A DNA stretch of 42,141 nt, from NCBI GenBank assembly GCA_964550545.1, contig CAZJZN010000002.1:1-42141 (forward strand), in the 5' to 3' direction. The notes below the pieces were generated by a model. The model had not been told where the DNA came from. It did no database searches and saw only the letters and a list, made by a program, of their open reading frames with translations. Below are positions 16,320 to 24,970 of this stretch, piece by piece. Positions within the stretch are counted from its first letter, which is position 1. The number at the start of each line of letters is the position of its first letter. Position numbers and translations under genes: made by a program. This stretch comes from an uncultured Bdellovibrionales bacterium. Lineage in GTDB: Bacteria > Patescibacteriota > Minisyncoccia > Moranbacterales > UBA1568.

Positions 16320-17672
16320 ATGAAGACGATACTTATACCAATATTTCAAGGAGCCGAATCAAGAAGTATTTTGCGTACCGAAATTTTTCAGAAACTAAGA
16401 GCTGTTTCTGGTATCCGGATAGTTCTCCTTGTTCCAAATGAAGAGAAAAAGAAGTATTTCGGTTCCGAATTTTTTGGAGATAATGTTGTTTATGAGGTTG
16501 TCAAAAACTTTCAAGGGAATTTTTTTGACAAGGCCTTTACCTTTTTGAGGAAGAATCTTGTAAGAACGAATACGCTTCGTTTGAAAAGAAAGCAGGATTT
16601 TCTTTTGGGAGGAAATGCGGTGAAATATTTTTTTGAATGTATCTTTAGTTTCATTTTTGGAAGAAAGATGTGTAGGAAGGCGGTTCGATGGATTGATCAG
16701 AATCTTATTCCTGAAAAAGGGGCACAAAAGATATTTGATACTTTGATTCCAGATATTGTTTTGACTGCTCATATTTTTGGTGATATGGAAGCATCAATCT
16801 TAAAAGAAGCAAAAAAGCGAAGGATTAAGACTATCGGACTTATCAATTCGTGGGATAAAATTACTTCTCGCGGTATGGTGAGAGTTATCCCGGACAAACT
16901 TATCGTTCACAATGATACAATCAAAGACGAGGCAGTTCGTTTTATTGATATGTCACCGGATTCGGTATTTGTGCTTGGAATTCCGCAGGATGATGCTTTT
17001 TTTTCTTTTTATCCCAAAGATAAAGAGAAATTTTTTGGCTCTCTTGGAATTTCCACAGAAAAGAGAATACTTCTTATCTGTCCGATGGGAAAAACATACA
17101 GCGACGTCGACGCCGATATTATAAATGTAGTGACGAATTTTAAGGCGCAAGGACGTATTCCCGATGATCTCGCTATTTTGGTAAGATTTCCTCCAAATGA
17201 TAATATCGATGTATCCTTATTGAGAAATAAGGATTTGCTTGTATGGGAACAACCGGGTGTTCGTTTTGAGTCAACTCGCGGAATTGATTGGGACATGACT
17301 GAAATTGATGTTCAAAGGTTGGCATATACACTGCACTGTAGCGCTATGGTTATTTGTCCGCCGTCATCAATTTCTGTGGACGCGGCTATTTTTGATACCC
17401 CAATAATCAATATTCGCTTTGAAAGGTACGATCGTGAAAAGTTAAACATTAACGCTTACTATGAAATGGATCACTATCGTGCCATTGCTAAGACCGGCGG
17501 CATACGATTTGTTCAAGATGAAAACGAGCTATTGTTATGGATAAACAGATATGCGAACGATAGGAAACTTGATAGAATTGGCAGGAAAGAAATAGTTCGT
17601 CAACAGTGTCAATTTTTGGATGGGAAGTCCAGTTTTCGTATAGCGAATTTTGTGCTAGACTCGCTGGGTTAG
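16320..17672 (+). CDS. Uncharacterised protein, paralog B (putative GT-B-like surface-carbohydrate biosynthesis enzyme)
   Basis: 450 aa, full-length homolog of 13553..14926 (SWDK, PDKLIVHN, KDEAV, GIPQDD, VDAAI, YYEMDHYR, RQQCQFLDGKSSFRIANFVL). Confidence 0.7.
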   Translation: MKTILIPIFQGAESRSILRTEIFQKLRAVSGIRIVLLVPNEEKKKYFGSEFFGDNVVYEVVKNFQGNFFDKAFTFLRKNLVRTNTLRLKRKQDFLLGGNAVKYFFECIFSFIFGRKMCRKAVRWIDQNLIPEKGAQKIFDTLIPDIVLTAHIFGDMEASILKEAKKRRIKTIGLINSWDKITSRGMVRVIPDKLIVHNDTIKDEAVRFIDMSPDSVFVLGIPQDDAFFSFYPKDKEKFFGSLGISTEKRILLICPMGKTYSDVDADIINVVTNFKAQGRIPDDLAILVRFPPNDNIDVSLLRNKDLLVWEQPGVRFESTRGIDWDMTEIDVQRLAYTLHCSAMVICPPSSISVDAAIFDTPIINIRFERYDREKLNINAYYEMDHYRAIAKTGGIRFVQDENELLLWINRYANDRKLDRIGRKEIVRQQCQFLDGKSSFRIANFVLDSLG

Positions 17673-17706
17673 AGCCATTTTTAGTCTTCGGAAGTTGATA
17701 GAATTC

Positions 17707-17734
17707 TTGCTGTTTGTGCATGGTTAACTATACT
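17707..17734 (+). promoter_or_regulatory. Candidate sigma70-type promoter (TTGCTG-16 nt-TATACT) upstream of the 17766 gene
   Basis: Hexamers read at 17707-17712 and 17729-17734 with a 16-nt spacer, in the only sizeable gap (93 nt) of the plus-strand block. This is pattern-match only. Confidence 0.2.
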
Positions 17735-17765
17735 ATGAGTTGTATCGCTTTAAGAGCAAACCGCT

Positions 17766-18608
17766 ATGAAAATTGGCATGACAATCAAGAGAGTCATTCT
17801 TTTAGACAAAGAGGGTGAAGAATTGGCGAGCTTTGAAAAAGGCGCTGAAAAAAAGCTCGCTTCTTCCGATATTTATCCTGCTGTGATAGAAAATTATTTT
17901 TGGGATACAGAAAAACAGACAGAAAGTGCGGAAAAATATAAAGATCAAATCAAACGCGTTTACTATCAGGATGAAGTGGATGAAAAGGTAAGGAATATGC
18001 TTCAGGATGATCTTCGGAGAATTGAATTGGTCAAAAGCTTCAATTATGGTGTTACTGTTTTAGAAGTTGGATGCAGTGACGGGACGGTGAGTATAAAAAT
18101 TGCTGAATTACCTCAAGTAAAAAAAGTGCTCGGAGTGGACATTAGAAAATCAGCTATCAAAGACGGAAAGGCACTTATCAAGGATCTTCTTAAGAGAGGT
18201 GAAATTGGAGAGGAAACCGCAAAAAAGGTACTGTTGCTACATTCGGCAACTGAAACATTGCCAGCAAAATACGGTCAATTTGATTCGGTGTGTGCTTATG
18301 AAATTTTTGAGCACCTAGCGCCTCAAGATATGTTGCCCGTCTTTCAAAACCTGTATAAATTTGTAAAAAAAGACGGAAACTTCTTTATTAGCGTCCCGAA
18401 TCGTTTTCCTCATAAGAAGTATGACGCGCTTGGTAGAAGCCGTTGGCGCTGGTTTGATCACAGAAACTTCTTCAGTAAGTTGAGCTTGGAGATATTTCTC
18501 AAAAATTTTTTTGAGAAAGTGAAATTTTATCCCCTGTACAAGGGAGAAGATGTGAGTGATAGCATTTATCTTATTTGTGAATGTAAAGGAAAAAAATATG
18601 AGATCTAA
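17766..18608 (+). CDS. Class I SAM-dependent methyltransferase
   Basis: Motif I VLEVGCSDGTVSIKIA and acidic loop VLGVDI are present. FDSVCAYEIFEHL is followed by DGNFFISVPN. Confidence 0.8.
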   Translation: MKIGMTIKRVILLDKEGEELASFEKGAEKKLASSDIYPAVIENYFWDTEKQTESAEKYKDQIKRVYYQDEVDEKVRNMLQDDLRRIELVKSFNYGVTVLEVGCSDGTVSIKIAELPQVKKVLGVDIRKSAIKDGKALIKDLLKRGEIGEETAKKVLLLHSATETLPAKYGQFDSVCAYEIFEHLAPQDMLPVFQNLYKFVKKDGNFFISVPNRFPHKKYDALGRSRWRWFDHRNFFSKLSLEIFLKNFFEKVKFYPLYKGEDVSDSIYLICECKGKKYEI

Positions 18609-19431
18609 AATTGTTGCAGAGGTAGCATCCTCTCATAACGGAAATATCGAGCTTGCCAAGGAAATGATTCGCGTTGCCGCTCGAACCGGAGTGGATATTG
18701 TTAAGTTTCAGTCATGGCAAAGCAAGAATGTTGATAAAGATGATCCCGATAAGAAGCGCTACCAATCTCTTGAACTTACTGATGAGGCTCACTTTATTTT
18801 AAAGGAAGAATGTGAACGGTTAGGAGTGGAATTTATGACGACCTGTTATGATGCTGGACGCATTCCGTTTCTCAAGGAATTGGGTCTGAAGAAAGTTAAA
18901 GTGGCAAGTACGGATTTGAAGCATTATAACTTTCTTCAAAAACTTCGTGATAATTTTGAATTCGTTGTTGCTTCTACCGGGATGTCAGAAAAGGATGAAA
19001 TTCTCAAGGCATTGGATATTTTGAGGCAAGGAGAGTACAGTATTATGCATTGCGTATCCATTTATCCCTGTCCTTTGGAAAAGGCGAATCTCCGAAAACT
19101 TCTGTGGTTGAAGTCGCTTTCTGACTCCGTTGGTTATTCCGATCATACCGAGGGTATCGAGGCGGCTGTTTTTGCGCTGGGAATGGGGGTGAATTATGTT
19201 GAAAAACATTTTACTTTGGATAAAAACATGGAACAAGTTCCTCATACTGTCGGAAAGGGGATGAAGCCGATCACAACTCATATGATTGCCAGCGAGCCGT
19301 TGGTGTTTAAGGAAATTTGCGAATGGCGAGATAAGCTCGTTACAGCCTTAGGGAGCGGAAGCCTGGAAATACTCCCAGAAGAAAAATTGACCAGGGAGAA
19401 ATATACTGGCAGACTCGGAAAGAACAATTGA
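18598..19431 (+). CDS. neuB: NeuB-family nonulosonic acid synthase homolog (TIM-barrel only; no C-terminal SAF domain)
   Basis: IVAEVASSHNGNIELAKEMIRVAARTGVDIVKFQ, VASTDL, STGMS, HCVSIYPCP, GYSDHTEG and EKHFTLDK match the NeuB/PseI/LegI core. The ATG at 18598 overlaps the upstream stop. The protein ends at 277 aa, where the SAF domain would normally begin. Confidence 0.82.
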   Translation: MRSKIVAEVASSHNGNIELAKEMIRVAARTGVDIVKFQSWQSKNVDKDDPDKKRYQSLELTDEAHFILKEECERLGVEFMTTCYDAGRIPFLKELGLKKVKVASTDLKHYNFLQKLRDNFEFVVASTGMSEKDEILKALDILRQGEYSIMHCVSIYPCPLEKANLRKLLWLKSLSDSVGYSDHTEGIEAAVFALGMGVNYVEKHFTLDKNMEQVPHTVGKGMKPITTHMIASEPLVFKEICEWRDKLVTALGSGSLEILPEEKLTREKYTGRLGKNN

Positions 19432-19432
19432 T

Positions 19433-20617
19433 ATGTCAGAGAAAAAAAAGCGAAAAATTTGTTTTGTTATTACCAGCTTTATACACTACAGTCGGAATTT
19501 TTTGATATTGGAAGAACTTAATAAGAGAAATGATGTTGATTTACATATCGTCTTGGGTGGGGTGGTATTGTCCAGTAAGTATGCTTCACATACTTTTAAT
19601 GTGAGAAGCATACTTGAGAGTGAGCGTTTCGAGAATATTCATGAAATTTATTTCAATCTTGAGGGAGATCATCATATCGTGAAAGCAAAGACAGTCGGTT
19701 TCGGTATTGTGGAGTTTTCCTCGCTTCTTTACGCTATTCATCCAGATTTGTTGGTTGTAAGAGGCGATCGTTTTGAAGTGCTCGCAGCTGTGATTGCTGC
19801 CGCATATATGAATATTCCCATTGCTCACATTGAAGGTGGAGATGTGAGCGGAACACTCGATGAATCGGTTCGGCACGCGATAACAAAACTCTCGCACATA
19901 CATTTCGCCACTAATGAACCGGCAAGAGAAAGACTTCTCAAAATGGGGGAAAAGAAAGAGTTAGTATTTAATTTCGGCAGTCCGGATATTGAGGTGGTAG
20001 CACGAGCTGAAACGTGGAAATTAAATATGGCGAGTATTGATTTTGAAAATTTTGGGAGCGGAGCTCAATTCGATCCGAAAGAGGAGTATTTGATGGTTAT
20101 GTATCATCCGGTGAACACGGAGTACGAGCTTCTTTCGGGACACACAAAAAGTTTGCTCGATGCGGTGTATAAACTGAATAAGCAAGTGCTTTGGTTTTGG
20201 CCGAATTTTGATGCTGGGTCAGAGTATATTTCGCATGAATTGAGAATCTTTAAAGAAAGGACATCCCAGCATAAGATTAAGTTTTTGCGATATCTTCCCC
20301 CTAAACAGTTTTTGTCTCTTCTTGCGAATACCCGGTGTTTGATTGGGAATTCTTCCGCCGGAATAAAAGAATGCTCTTACCTTGGAATTCCGGTAGTGAA
20401 TATCGGGACCCGGCAAAATAAACGTTTGCGAGCAGAAAATGTGATGGATTGCAATAATGATACTAAAGAAATTTTCAATATAATCGGGGAGCAGTTACGT
20501 GTAGGGAGATATCCGGTCTCTCATTTGTATGCCTCGAATGATACGAGTAGGGAAATTGCAACTGTTTTGGCGGAAGTGGATCTTTATACACAAAAAGCTT
20601 TCACGGATTATCCGTGA
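19433..20617 (+). CDS. neuC: UDP-N-acetylglucosamine 2-epimerase (hydrolysing), NeuC-like
   Basis: GDRFEVLAAVIAAAYMNIPIAHIEGGDVSGTLDESVRHAITKLSHIHF is the hallmark 2-epimerase core. It starts 1 nt after the neuB stop. Confidence 0.85.
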   Translation: MSEKKKRKICFVITSFIHYSRNFLILEELNKRNDVDLHIVLGGVVLSSKYASHTFNVRSILESERFENIHEIYFNLEGDHHIVKAKTVGFGIVEFSSLLYAIHPDLLVVRGDRFEVLAAVIAAAYMNIPIAHIEGGDVSGTLDESVRHAITKLSHIHFATNEPARERLLKMGEKKELVFNFGSPDIEVVARAETWKLNMASIDFENFGSGAQFDPKEEYLMVMYHPVNTEYELLSGHTKSLLDAVYKLNKQVLWFWPNFDAGSEYISHELRIFKERTSQHKIKFLRYLPPKQFLSLLANTRCLIGNSSAGIKECSYLGIPVVNIGTRQNKRLRAENVMDCNNDTKEIFNIIGEQLRVGRYPVSHLYASNDTSREIATVLAEVDLYTQKAFTDYP

Positions 20618-20678
20618 TAGTGGCATCGGTGAAACTTTTTCTGCGATTTTTGCGGAAGTTCGGGATTTTTTGGATTTT

Positions 20679-21395
20679 ATGGACAAAAAAATATTGGCGG
20701 TTATTACCGCTCGGGGAGGATCAAAGGGTGTGCCTGGGAAAAATATCAAACTTCTTGGCGGAAGACCATTGCTTGCTTATTCAATTGAAATAGCTCGTAA
20801 GAGTCGTTTAATCACCGATCTTATTCTTTCGACTGATGATGAAGCAATTGCGTCGATTGGCCGCGAGTGGGGTATCGATGTTCCATTTCTTCGTCCAGCG
20901 GAACTTGCTACCGACACAGCTGGACATGTTGATGTAATGCAACATGCCGTTCGTTTTATGGAGGAAAGAAACGGAATGCAATACTATGGCGTCGTTATCC
21001 TTCAGCCAACATCTCCTTTTCGGCTGGTGGAGGATATTGATGAGGCGCTCAAAAAATTCGTTAATTCCGGTGCGGATAGCGCAGTAAGCGTAGTGGAATT
21101 GGAGGGAGATCACCCGATAAAAATAAAAAAAATGGAAGGAGATCGGGTACTTCCATATTGTTTTCCGGAACCGGAAGGCGTGCGAAGACAAGACTTGTCC
21201 GTAGCTTACAAAAGAAGTGGCGCGGTGTATGTAGTGAGGAGAAGTGTGCTAATGGAACAAGGAAAAATTTTTGGGGAGTACGTGGTGGGACACATTATTC
21301 CGAAAGAGAGATCGATTGATATTGATACCGAATTTGATTGGTTGAAGGCGGAATATATGTTTAAGAAACTTCAAGAAAAAGAACTTTTTGTTTAG
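20679..21395 (+). CDS. neuA: CMP-N-acylneuraminate (nonulosonate) cytidylyltransferase, NeuA-like
   Basis: The ATG at 20679 gives MDKKILAVITARGGSKGVPGKNIKLLGGRPLLAYSIE, the canonical CMP-NulO/CMP-Kdo synthetase N-terminus. LQPTSPFR is also present. The ORF-track extension from 20529 overlaps neuC and is rejected. Confidence 0.87.
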   Translation: MDKKILAVITARGGSKGVPGKNIKLLGGRPLLAYSIEIARKSRLITDLILSTDDEAIASIGREWGIDVPFLRPAELATDTAGHVDVMQHAVRFMEERNGMQYYGVVILQPTSPFRLVEDIDEALKKFVNSGADSAVSVVELEGDHPIKIKKMEGDRVLPYCFPEPEGVRRQDLSVAYKRSGAVYVVRRSVLMEQGKIFGEYVVGHIIPKERSIDIDTEFDWLKAEYMFKKLQEKELFV

Positions 21396-21396
21396 A

Positions 21397-21405
21397 GGGG
21401 GGGGG
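21397..21405. repeat. G9 homopolymer immediately after the neuA stop
   Basis: Read directly: tag a ggggggggg a, at the convergence point of the plus and minus gene blocks. Confidence 0.9.
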
Positions 21406-21462
21406 AGTATTATCGTGCAAATTTTTTCGGAAGAATGCCTTGGGGGAGCACTTTGAAGCATT

Positions 21463-22569
21463 TCATTTGGACGAAGAGAAAAGTTTCTCGTATTTTATAA
21501 TACCCGTATTTTTGTCGAAATATTTCTTTGCCGTTGTGTGGGCATTTCGTGAAAGAACATGCCAATTTGTTTCATTCTGGCTTTGTAAAATTTCCGACAT
21601 ATGGGTGATGTCTTTTGCAATTGCGCCGCATTGATTTGTCTCGATGATTGCGTCGAAATTGAGAAAGGAGAGAACTGGAGTGCCATGCTTGAGAGATTCC
21701 AGAATCGTATTTGGAAATCCTTCGTTCTCTGATGTGACGATGAGAAACGATGATTGGAGATAGAGCGACTTCAAATCGTGCGCAGAGGCTCCGGGAATGA
21801 ATGTGATGTTTGATATTTTTTGCACCCTTTCTCTTGTCTTTTCAAAAATTATACTGTTTGTTTTTGGCATCACCATGGTAAAATGCCATTCCGGAAACAG
21901 GAGCGCTAGGTCGATAAGTAAGTGCGGTCGCTTGAAAGGTTCGGAACGCCCAACCCAAATGGCGTTTTTTTGGAAGTGTCTTGCTTGGCGGGGTGGAATT
22001 TCTTGAAAATTTCTGATAGTGATAACATCCCCTCGATAGTGGGGAAATGTATTGAAAAAGAGAGAGCGATCTTCTTCGTTCTGCAGGATGAATGTGTCAA
22101 TAAGGTTGATTAAGCGAAAGAAAATTTTTCCATACAGCGTTCGATTGAGCGAACCGTCAATATTCCGTATATGCGAACTTTTAACAATGATTCTTGAGCG
22201 TGTAATTTTTCCCAAAAGAAGAATCTCTACCGTTTGCCAACTGACACCTTTTGTAAATAAAACCGCAGGGGAAATGTGGAGAAGAATTGTTGCCAATCTG
22301 AAAAAGTTTTGTGCAGAGGTTATAATATTGCCACTATTTTTCTTCTGACCTCTGTGGAGAGTAATTTCGCGCACGATTTCTGTTTTTTTCTGTTGACCGA
22401 AGTCTCCCACAATAAAGTGAACGTCGAACAATTTTTTGTCTAAAGATGTTGCGATGGAGTAAGTGTCAATCTCCGCACCTCCATACGCTGGATTTTCATC
22501 GGGAAAAAACAAGGGATATGCTCCCAAAAGAATAAATGTGATGCGTTGTTTTTTTTTGGCATTATTCAT
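21463..22569 (-). CDS. Glycosyltransferase family 4-like
   Basis: C-terminal ENEGFPNTILESLKHGTPVLS (E-x7-E) and N-terminal AYGGAEIDTY are present. 368 aa. Confidence 0.8.
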   Translation of the reverse strand: MNNAKKKQRITFILLGAYPLFFPDENPAYGGAEIDTYSIATSLDKKLFDVHFIVGDFGQQKKTEIVREITLHRGQKKNSGNIITSAQNFFRLATILLHISPAVLFTKGVSWQTVEILLLGKITRSRIIVKSSHIRNIDGSLNRTLYGKIFFRLINLIDTFILQNEEDRSLFFNTFPHYRGDVITIRNFQEIPPRQARHFQKNAIWVGRSEPFKRPHLLIDLALLFPEWHFTMVMPKTNSIIFEKTRERVQKISNITFIPGASAHDLKSLYLQSSFLIVTSENEGFPNTILESLKHGTPVLSFLNFDAIIETNQCGAIAKDITHMSEILQSQNETNWHVLSRNAHTTAKKYFDKNTGIIKYEKLFSSSK

Positions 22570-23230
22570 ATTCGGCTACTGCCCAAATCTCTCCAAATTG
22601 AATGGAGTATTTTTTTATGTGTAATCCCGCAAGATCGAGTTCTTTTTTGAAGGAAGCGAATGTATATTCGGTATAGTGTGTATTATCAAGTCGCCACACT
22701 GCGCCGATACTCTCTTTGTACAGGGTAAGCCAATCCCTGTCTATCATGGGAACCCTGATGAGAAATTTTTTTGAGAGCGGTCTTATTCTGTGGAGAAATT
22801 CAACTCGGTTCTCGATATGTTCCAGAACGTTGCTCAGTATGATGGCATTAAAGGTTGTTTTAAATGTGTATTTGGTCGCATCTCCACATATGAATTGAAC
22901 ATTCTTGTGGGAACAATCTTTTCGAGCCTTCTGTATGCTTCTGTTTAATATATCGATCCCAATAATTTCTCGAGCCTTTTTTGAAAGGTCTCGGGTTACA
23001 ATTCCGTTTCCGCAACCAACATCAAGCACGGTATCATTCGCCGTTATGTTTTCCAAGAAGAAATCGTGATATTTCATGATTTCATGTTTTGGACTTATCC
23101 CATGGTTGATTCGAGTGGCAAGCTGACCGATGAGGAAATACATAAAACTGTGAATGTTGCAGAGAGTTTTAATGATGAGTTTCATCATAAGATTTGAAGA
23201 TTTTAATATATTCATCAACTGATGCATCAA
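22562..23230 (-). CDS. Class I SAM-dependent methyltransferase
   Basis: Motif I VLDVGCGNGIVTRDL, then IGIDI and FNAIILSNVLEHI. The first codon at 23230 is TTG. ATG candidates at 23227, 23188 and 23185 are equally possible, so the start is ambiguous. Confidence 0.78.
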   Translation of the reverse strand: MMHQLMNILKSSNLMMKLIIKTLCNIHSFMYFLIGQLATRINHGISPKHEIMKYHDFFLENITANDTVLDVGCGNGIVTRDLSKKAREIIGIDILNRSIQKARKDCSHKNVQFICGDATKYTFKTTFNAIILSNVLEHIENRVEFLHRIRPLSKKFLIRVPMIDRDWLTLYKESIGAVWRLDNTHYTEYTFASFKKELDLAGLHIKKYSIQFGEIWAVAEYE

Positions 23231-24188
23231 GATGGAATCTTTTTTCGGCTACAAGTCGAGAGGATTCTTTATATTGCTTCAAATTTGGGATGATATTTTC
23301 TATGGAGCGTGAAAAATCATTAAAAGATTCACTTGTAAATGGATAAGAGTCCCTAAAGGGATTATGCTGTTTTGCCTTTACGACATATCCGTTATAACCT
23401 GAAGTAATCAATTCGTTAATGCTTCCGCGTTCGAAAGCGATAACGGGAAGCCCTGCCGCCATGGCTTCGATGACACTGTTGGGACAGGCGGATTGGTCGG
23501 AGAAGAGGAAAATATCGTACTCGATGATTTTTTGGAGGAGATTCTCGTTTGAAAGTTTCCCATGGAAATGAATGTTTGGAATATTTTCAGGATTTGAGAA
23601 TATGGATTTCAGATTATTCGTATAGGTTCCGTAAATATCGAAAGAATAATCTCTTGGCTCGAGGAGCTTTACGGACTCGATAAGTGGCTTGATTTGATCT
23701 TTGCGGCGGAATTGACCAAAAGTGAGAAGTTTTATAGGAGCGCTTTCTTGTTGCCCTTTTTCGTTTGGTCTGATCTTTTCCGTATCAACGCCGTTGTAAA
23801 TGACAGTCCAGTTCTTTTTTTTCTTACGACAAATTGTTTCCCATGCTGATTTGCTGTAGTGGCTTTGATATACGACGAAATCTGCGAAATAATTGTGGAT
23901 GATTTTTATCTTGAGGTTATACAGCCAGTACAGTTTTCCAACGGAGGATGATGAAGTATAGATGCCGTCGAGGCGTTGAATGATTCTTTTTTTCAAAATC
24001 TTTGCTATGAAGAGCGATTGAAAATATTGCGAAAGTGGACAATCACCGACAATGAAAAGTATGTCAAAATCGAAGGAAAAATCCCGTGAGACGGACAATC
24101 CTTTTTTTTCAACGGCAGTGGAAAATTTTTTCACAAAAGTCGCTGTGCCGCCGATATCTTTTATTTTGAAAGGGATGAAAATTTTCAT
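23169..24188 (-). CDS. Glycosyltransferase family 4-like
   Basis: GT-B architecture with the C-terminal motif DQSACPNSVIEAMAAGLPVIAFERGS. ATGA overlap with the upstream GT2. Confidence 0.8.
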   Translation of the reverse strand: MKIFIPFKIKDIGGTATFVKKFSTAVEKKGLSVSRDFSFDFDILFIVGDCPLSQYFQSLFIAKILKKRIIQRLDGIYTSSSSVGKLYWLYNLKIKIIHNYFADFVVYQSHYSKSAWETICRKKKKNWTVIYNGVDTEKIRPNEKGQQESAPIKLLTFGQFRRKDQIKPLIESVKLLEPRDYSFDIYGTYTNNLKSIFSNPENIPNIHFHGKLSNENLLQKIIEYDIFLFSDQSACPNSVIEAMAAGLPVIAFERGSINELITSGYNGYVVKAKQHNPFRDSYPFTSESFNDFSRSIENIIPNLKQYKESSRLVAEKRFHLDASVDEYIKIFKSYDETHH

Positions 24189-24970
24189 AGAAACTTTCGT
24201 TTCAAATCTTTGATAAAACCGGGCGTGAGAATGACCGCGAGCGGTTCGAGGAGGAATCGGTATTCAAGCGGTGAACGGTGCAATTTTTTGATATAGCGAA
24301 TCTGTGTTTTTATGCACTGGTGCATTTGTTCGTTTTGGTGGTCGAACGAGAGACCGCTGTTCGCGTTTCTGTGGCACAGAAATTCTTGCAGATTATGATA
24401 GCGAGTTTTGGGTGATACGCGAAGCCAGAGTTCATAGTCTTGTCCGTAGTGCAACCGTTCATCATAATTTCCTGCATCTCGGATGAGGGGCGTCCGAAAC
24501 ATGACAGAGCTGTGCGCGAATGGATTTCTTCGTATAAGGGATCGTTTGATACTCTCATCGGACTCGGGGCATCGTACCGGATATCCGATGTCGTTTTTTT
24601 CGTTTCGATAATTACATCCCACAATGCCATGATCGGGATGTGCTTCTAAGAAGGCGATTTGCTTCTCAAGCTTTGAAGGTTCCCACCAATCATCACCGTC
24701 AATACGCGCGGTGTATGGTTCGGTAATGTTCGAGAGACCTTTGTTGAGCGATTTCGTAAGTCCGAGATTGTGCGTATTTTTTACAAGAAAAAACTTCTCT
24801 GAACCGAATGTCAATTGCCATTTCTTGAGTTTTGCAAATGTCCTGTCGGTTGAGTGATCATCAATCGCGATGATTCTGAAATCTTGAAATGTCTGCGCAA
24901 GGATACTCTCGAAGGCTTTGTCGAGGGTCGTTTCGGAATTATGGAGGGAGATGAGAATCGCGCATTTCAT
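24185..24970 (-). CDS. Glycosyltransferase family 2
   Basis: ILISLHNSETTLDKAFESILAQTFQDFRIIAIDDHSTDRT and the DxD region ARIDGDDWWEP form the canonical GT-A N-terminal domain. Confidence 0.88.
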   Translation of the reverse strand: MKCAILISLHNSETTLDKAFESILAQTFQDFRIIAIDDHSTDRTFAKLKKWQLTFGSEKFFLVKNTHNLGLTKSLNKGLSNITEPYTARIDGDDWWEPSKLEKQIAFLEAHPDHGIVGCNYRNEKNDIGYPVRCPESDESIKRSLIRRNPFAHSSVMFRTPLIRDAGNYDERLHYGQDYELWLRVSPKTRYHNLQEFLCHRNANSGLSFDHQNEQMHQCIKTQIRYIKKLHRSPLEYRFLLEPLAVILTPGFIKDLKRKFL

